Shown here one piece after another: positions 62,528 to 64,000 of a stretch of DNA of 64,000 bases (its first letter is position 1; every line of letters begins with the position of its first letter). A program made the translations under genes and the position numbers. The DNA lies in IMG/VR virus record IMGVR_UViG_3300033182_000484, positions 681-64,680 of that record; one strand, given 5' to 3'. This DNA comes from a virus. Taxonomy: Duplodnaviria; Caudoviricetes. The notes beneath the pieces were generated by a model. The model saw only the letters and a program-made list of their open reading frames with translations, was not told the origin of the DNA and ran no database searches.

Positions 62528-62785
62528 CTAGTGGATCAGCCGGAACCACTCCGACCACGCGGCCAGCTCTTTCAGGCTGGTCGAGTGCCCGGACGGCTCC
62601 TGGCGGGAGTAGTGAACGATGCGCCGGAAATACTCCGGCGGGATGCTCTCGCGGTGGAGCCACCCGTAGACCGTCGAGTACGGCAGGCGCAGGTGCGCGG
62701 CCAGATACGCCACGCCGATGTCCTGCAGGATCTCGCCGTGACTGAGCGGGGCCTTGGTCGGCTCGGTGTACGGGGTGACGGTCAT
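62528..62785 (-). CDS. Cro-like HTH protein
   Basis: I..G..LA..L..STV.GW..R.SIP..Y; GGAGG RBS. Confidence 0.72.
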   Translation of the reverse strand: MTVTPYTEPTKAPLSHGEILQDIGVAYLAAHLRLPYSTVYGWLHRESIPPEYFRRIVHYSRQEPSGHSTSLKELAAWSEWFRLIH

Positions 62786-62861
62786 GGGGCCTCCGGGTGG
62801 AGGGCGGGCCGGAGCCCGCCCGGTTGGGGTTAGACGATGGACGTCTTCGAGAAGGACAGGA

Positions 62862-63044
62862 TCACCGATCTTGCGATCGATCCACTTCACGCCACTTCAC
62901 GTACCTGGGGCGCGTCTCGCCCTTGAAGAACCGGTCGAGCTGCCGGATCTGGTCGTCGGTCAGGTTATGGCCCAGTGGGCACAGGTTGTCGTCACCGCTG
63001 GTGCGGAGCTGCTCTCGGATGTCGGCGATTTTCTGAGCGTCCAT
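62862..63044 (-). CDS. Small hypothetical protein
   Basis: AAGGAGG RBS. Confidence 0.6.
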   Translation of the reverse strand: MDAQKIADIREQLRTSGDDNLCPLGHNLTDDQIRQLDRFFKGETRPRYVKWREVDRSQDR

Positions 63045-63066
63045 GGTCTTCCTCCTTTCGCTAGGT

Positions 63067-63357
63067 CTAGGCGTCGTAGACACCCAAGGTTCCGGCGTCG
63101 ATCCACTCGGCGTACAGGCCGTTCGCCGCGAGGGTGTCAACCACGTCGGTCCGAACTCCGAACGGGTTCTCGATCTTCCCGTCGTCGTTCACGTACTCTT
63201 TCAGGTACTCCTGGTAGTAGTCCGCGACCGGCATCCCGTTCGCGTCGAAATCTTCGCCGCTGATGATGAAGTGGGAGTTCCAGCCGTTGCCGTTGTCGAC
63301 CATCTTGATGCCCTTCTTCTTCAGGGCGGTGTAGGCTTTGCGGGCATAGCGTTTCAT
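63067..63357 (-). CDS. Conserved early phage protein
   Basis: R.AY..L.K.G..F.ISGE..ADYY..FGV..L..GL.AEW..GT..VY. Confidence 0.75.
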   Translation of the reverse strand: MKRYARKAYTALKKKGIKMVDNGNGWNSHFIISGEDFDANGMPVADYYQEYLKEYVNDDGKIENPFGVRTDVVDTLAANGLYAEWIDAGTLGVYDA

Positions 63358-63409
63358 GTCTTTCCCCTTTCTGTCTCTGGTAATCTCCAGAGCATCCGTT
63401 GGTTCGTTG

Positions 63410-63515
63410 TTGATGTGGCCACAGTACGCGCCAATCTCTACAATGTCAAAAGAAATTACGCAATGTGTGTAACTTTTTATGTTGACATTGTGGCCACAAT
63501 CTGCGCAGGCTGCCC
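63410..63515. promoter_or_regulatory. Divergent promoter region with two TGTGGCCACA boxes
   Basis: Back-to-back TTGACA hexamers (63449-63444 leftward; 63482-63487 rightward); boxes at 63414-63423 and 63489-63498. Confidence 0.78.
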
Positions 63516-63554
63516 TGTTGAGGCGAAACATTACCCAGACAGCTAGGAGGCCCC

Positions 63555-64000
63555 ATGGCCCAGGAAGTCCAAGAGAGAAAGGTGAGCCCGGTGTCGGCGT
63601 TCGCCAAGGAATTGCGCCAACCGGCGTGCCAGAAAGAGTTCGCGCAGCTGATGCCAGAGGGCGTCGATCCAGACCGGTTCATCCGGTCGGTCGTGACGGC
63701 GGTCACCGCCGATCCCAAGCTGCTCGACGCGAACCGCAAGAGCCTGTTCTTCGCGATCCGCAAGGCGGCCCAGCTCGGGCTGGACTGCTCCGGCGTCCAG
63801 GGCGAGGGCTGGCTGGTCGTGATCAAGAACCAAGTCGAGTATTGGGTCGGCTATCGCGGCAAGATGAAGCAGGCGCGCAACTCGGGTGAGATCGCCGGGT
63901 TCGAGTGCGAGATCATCTACGAGAACGACCACGTCACGTTCCAGCGCGGGCTGAACCCGGTGTTCGACATCGTGCCGAACTGGAACGACCCCGGCGAGCC
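63555..64000 (+). CDS. recT: RecT-like single-strand annealing protein (3' truncated by the window)
   Basis: MAQEVQ..P..RF..P.L..SL..AAQLGL..G..LV..GYRG..ARNSG.I..IYEND; GGAGG RBS; missed by the ORF track. Confidence 0.88.
   Translation, partial: MAQEVQERKVSPVSAFAKELRQPACQKEFAQLMPEGVDPDRFIRSVVTAVTADPKLLDANRKSLFFAIRKAAQLGLDCSGVQGEGWLVVIKNQVEYWVGYRGKMKQARNSGEIAGFECEIIYENDHVTFQRGLNPVFDIVPNWNDPGE

Overview
The window is almost the whole genome of a GC-rich tailed dsDNA phage (Caudoviricetes) with podovirus-like architecture: portal, capsid, tail tube/nozzle proteins, three internal virion proteins and no tape-measure gene. The host is probably an alphaproteobacterium, because the phage encodes a GcrA homologue. 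The window starts in an acidic C-terminus and ends in the N-terminus of a RecT-like gene, so the genome is probably circular or permuted and only slightly longer than 64 kb. Layout: replication arm on + (RecT, HNH, SF2 helicase, VRR-NUC, primase-helicase; 1-7020); a small divergent early cluster (7051-9304); a long minus-strand late operon from a small ribbon-helix-helix gene through terminase, portal, GroES, capsid, tail, ejection proteins and lysis genes (41222 to 9309); and accessory early/middle arms (41321-63357) with GcrA, an adenine MTase, DUF2303, a Tad2/DUF2829 domain, a beta-helix protein, a second HNH, a YqaJ exonuclease and an iteron-rich putative origin (about 57690-58190). I saw no integrase, DNA polymerase, RNA polymerase, reverse transcriptase, tRNA or CRISPR array. 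The most striking unexplained signals are non-coding. (1) A palindromic TGTGGCCACA box recurs at nearly every promoter and is triplicated in front of a 52-aa RHH gene missing from the ORF track. (2) Several intergenic GC-rich helices end exactly in a tRNA-like NCCA just upstream of ribosome-binding sites. (3) A closed multi-branch RNA behind gcrA carries three CCUCC/GGAGG motifs, one complementary to the phage's own GGAGGCGAA ribosome-binding consensus. (4) GGATCC appears strongly enriched. All family assignments come from motif recognition by eye; no database searches were run.
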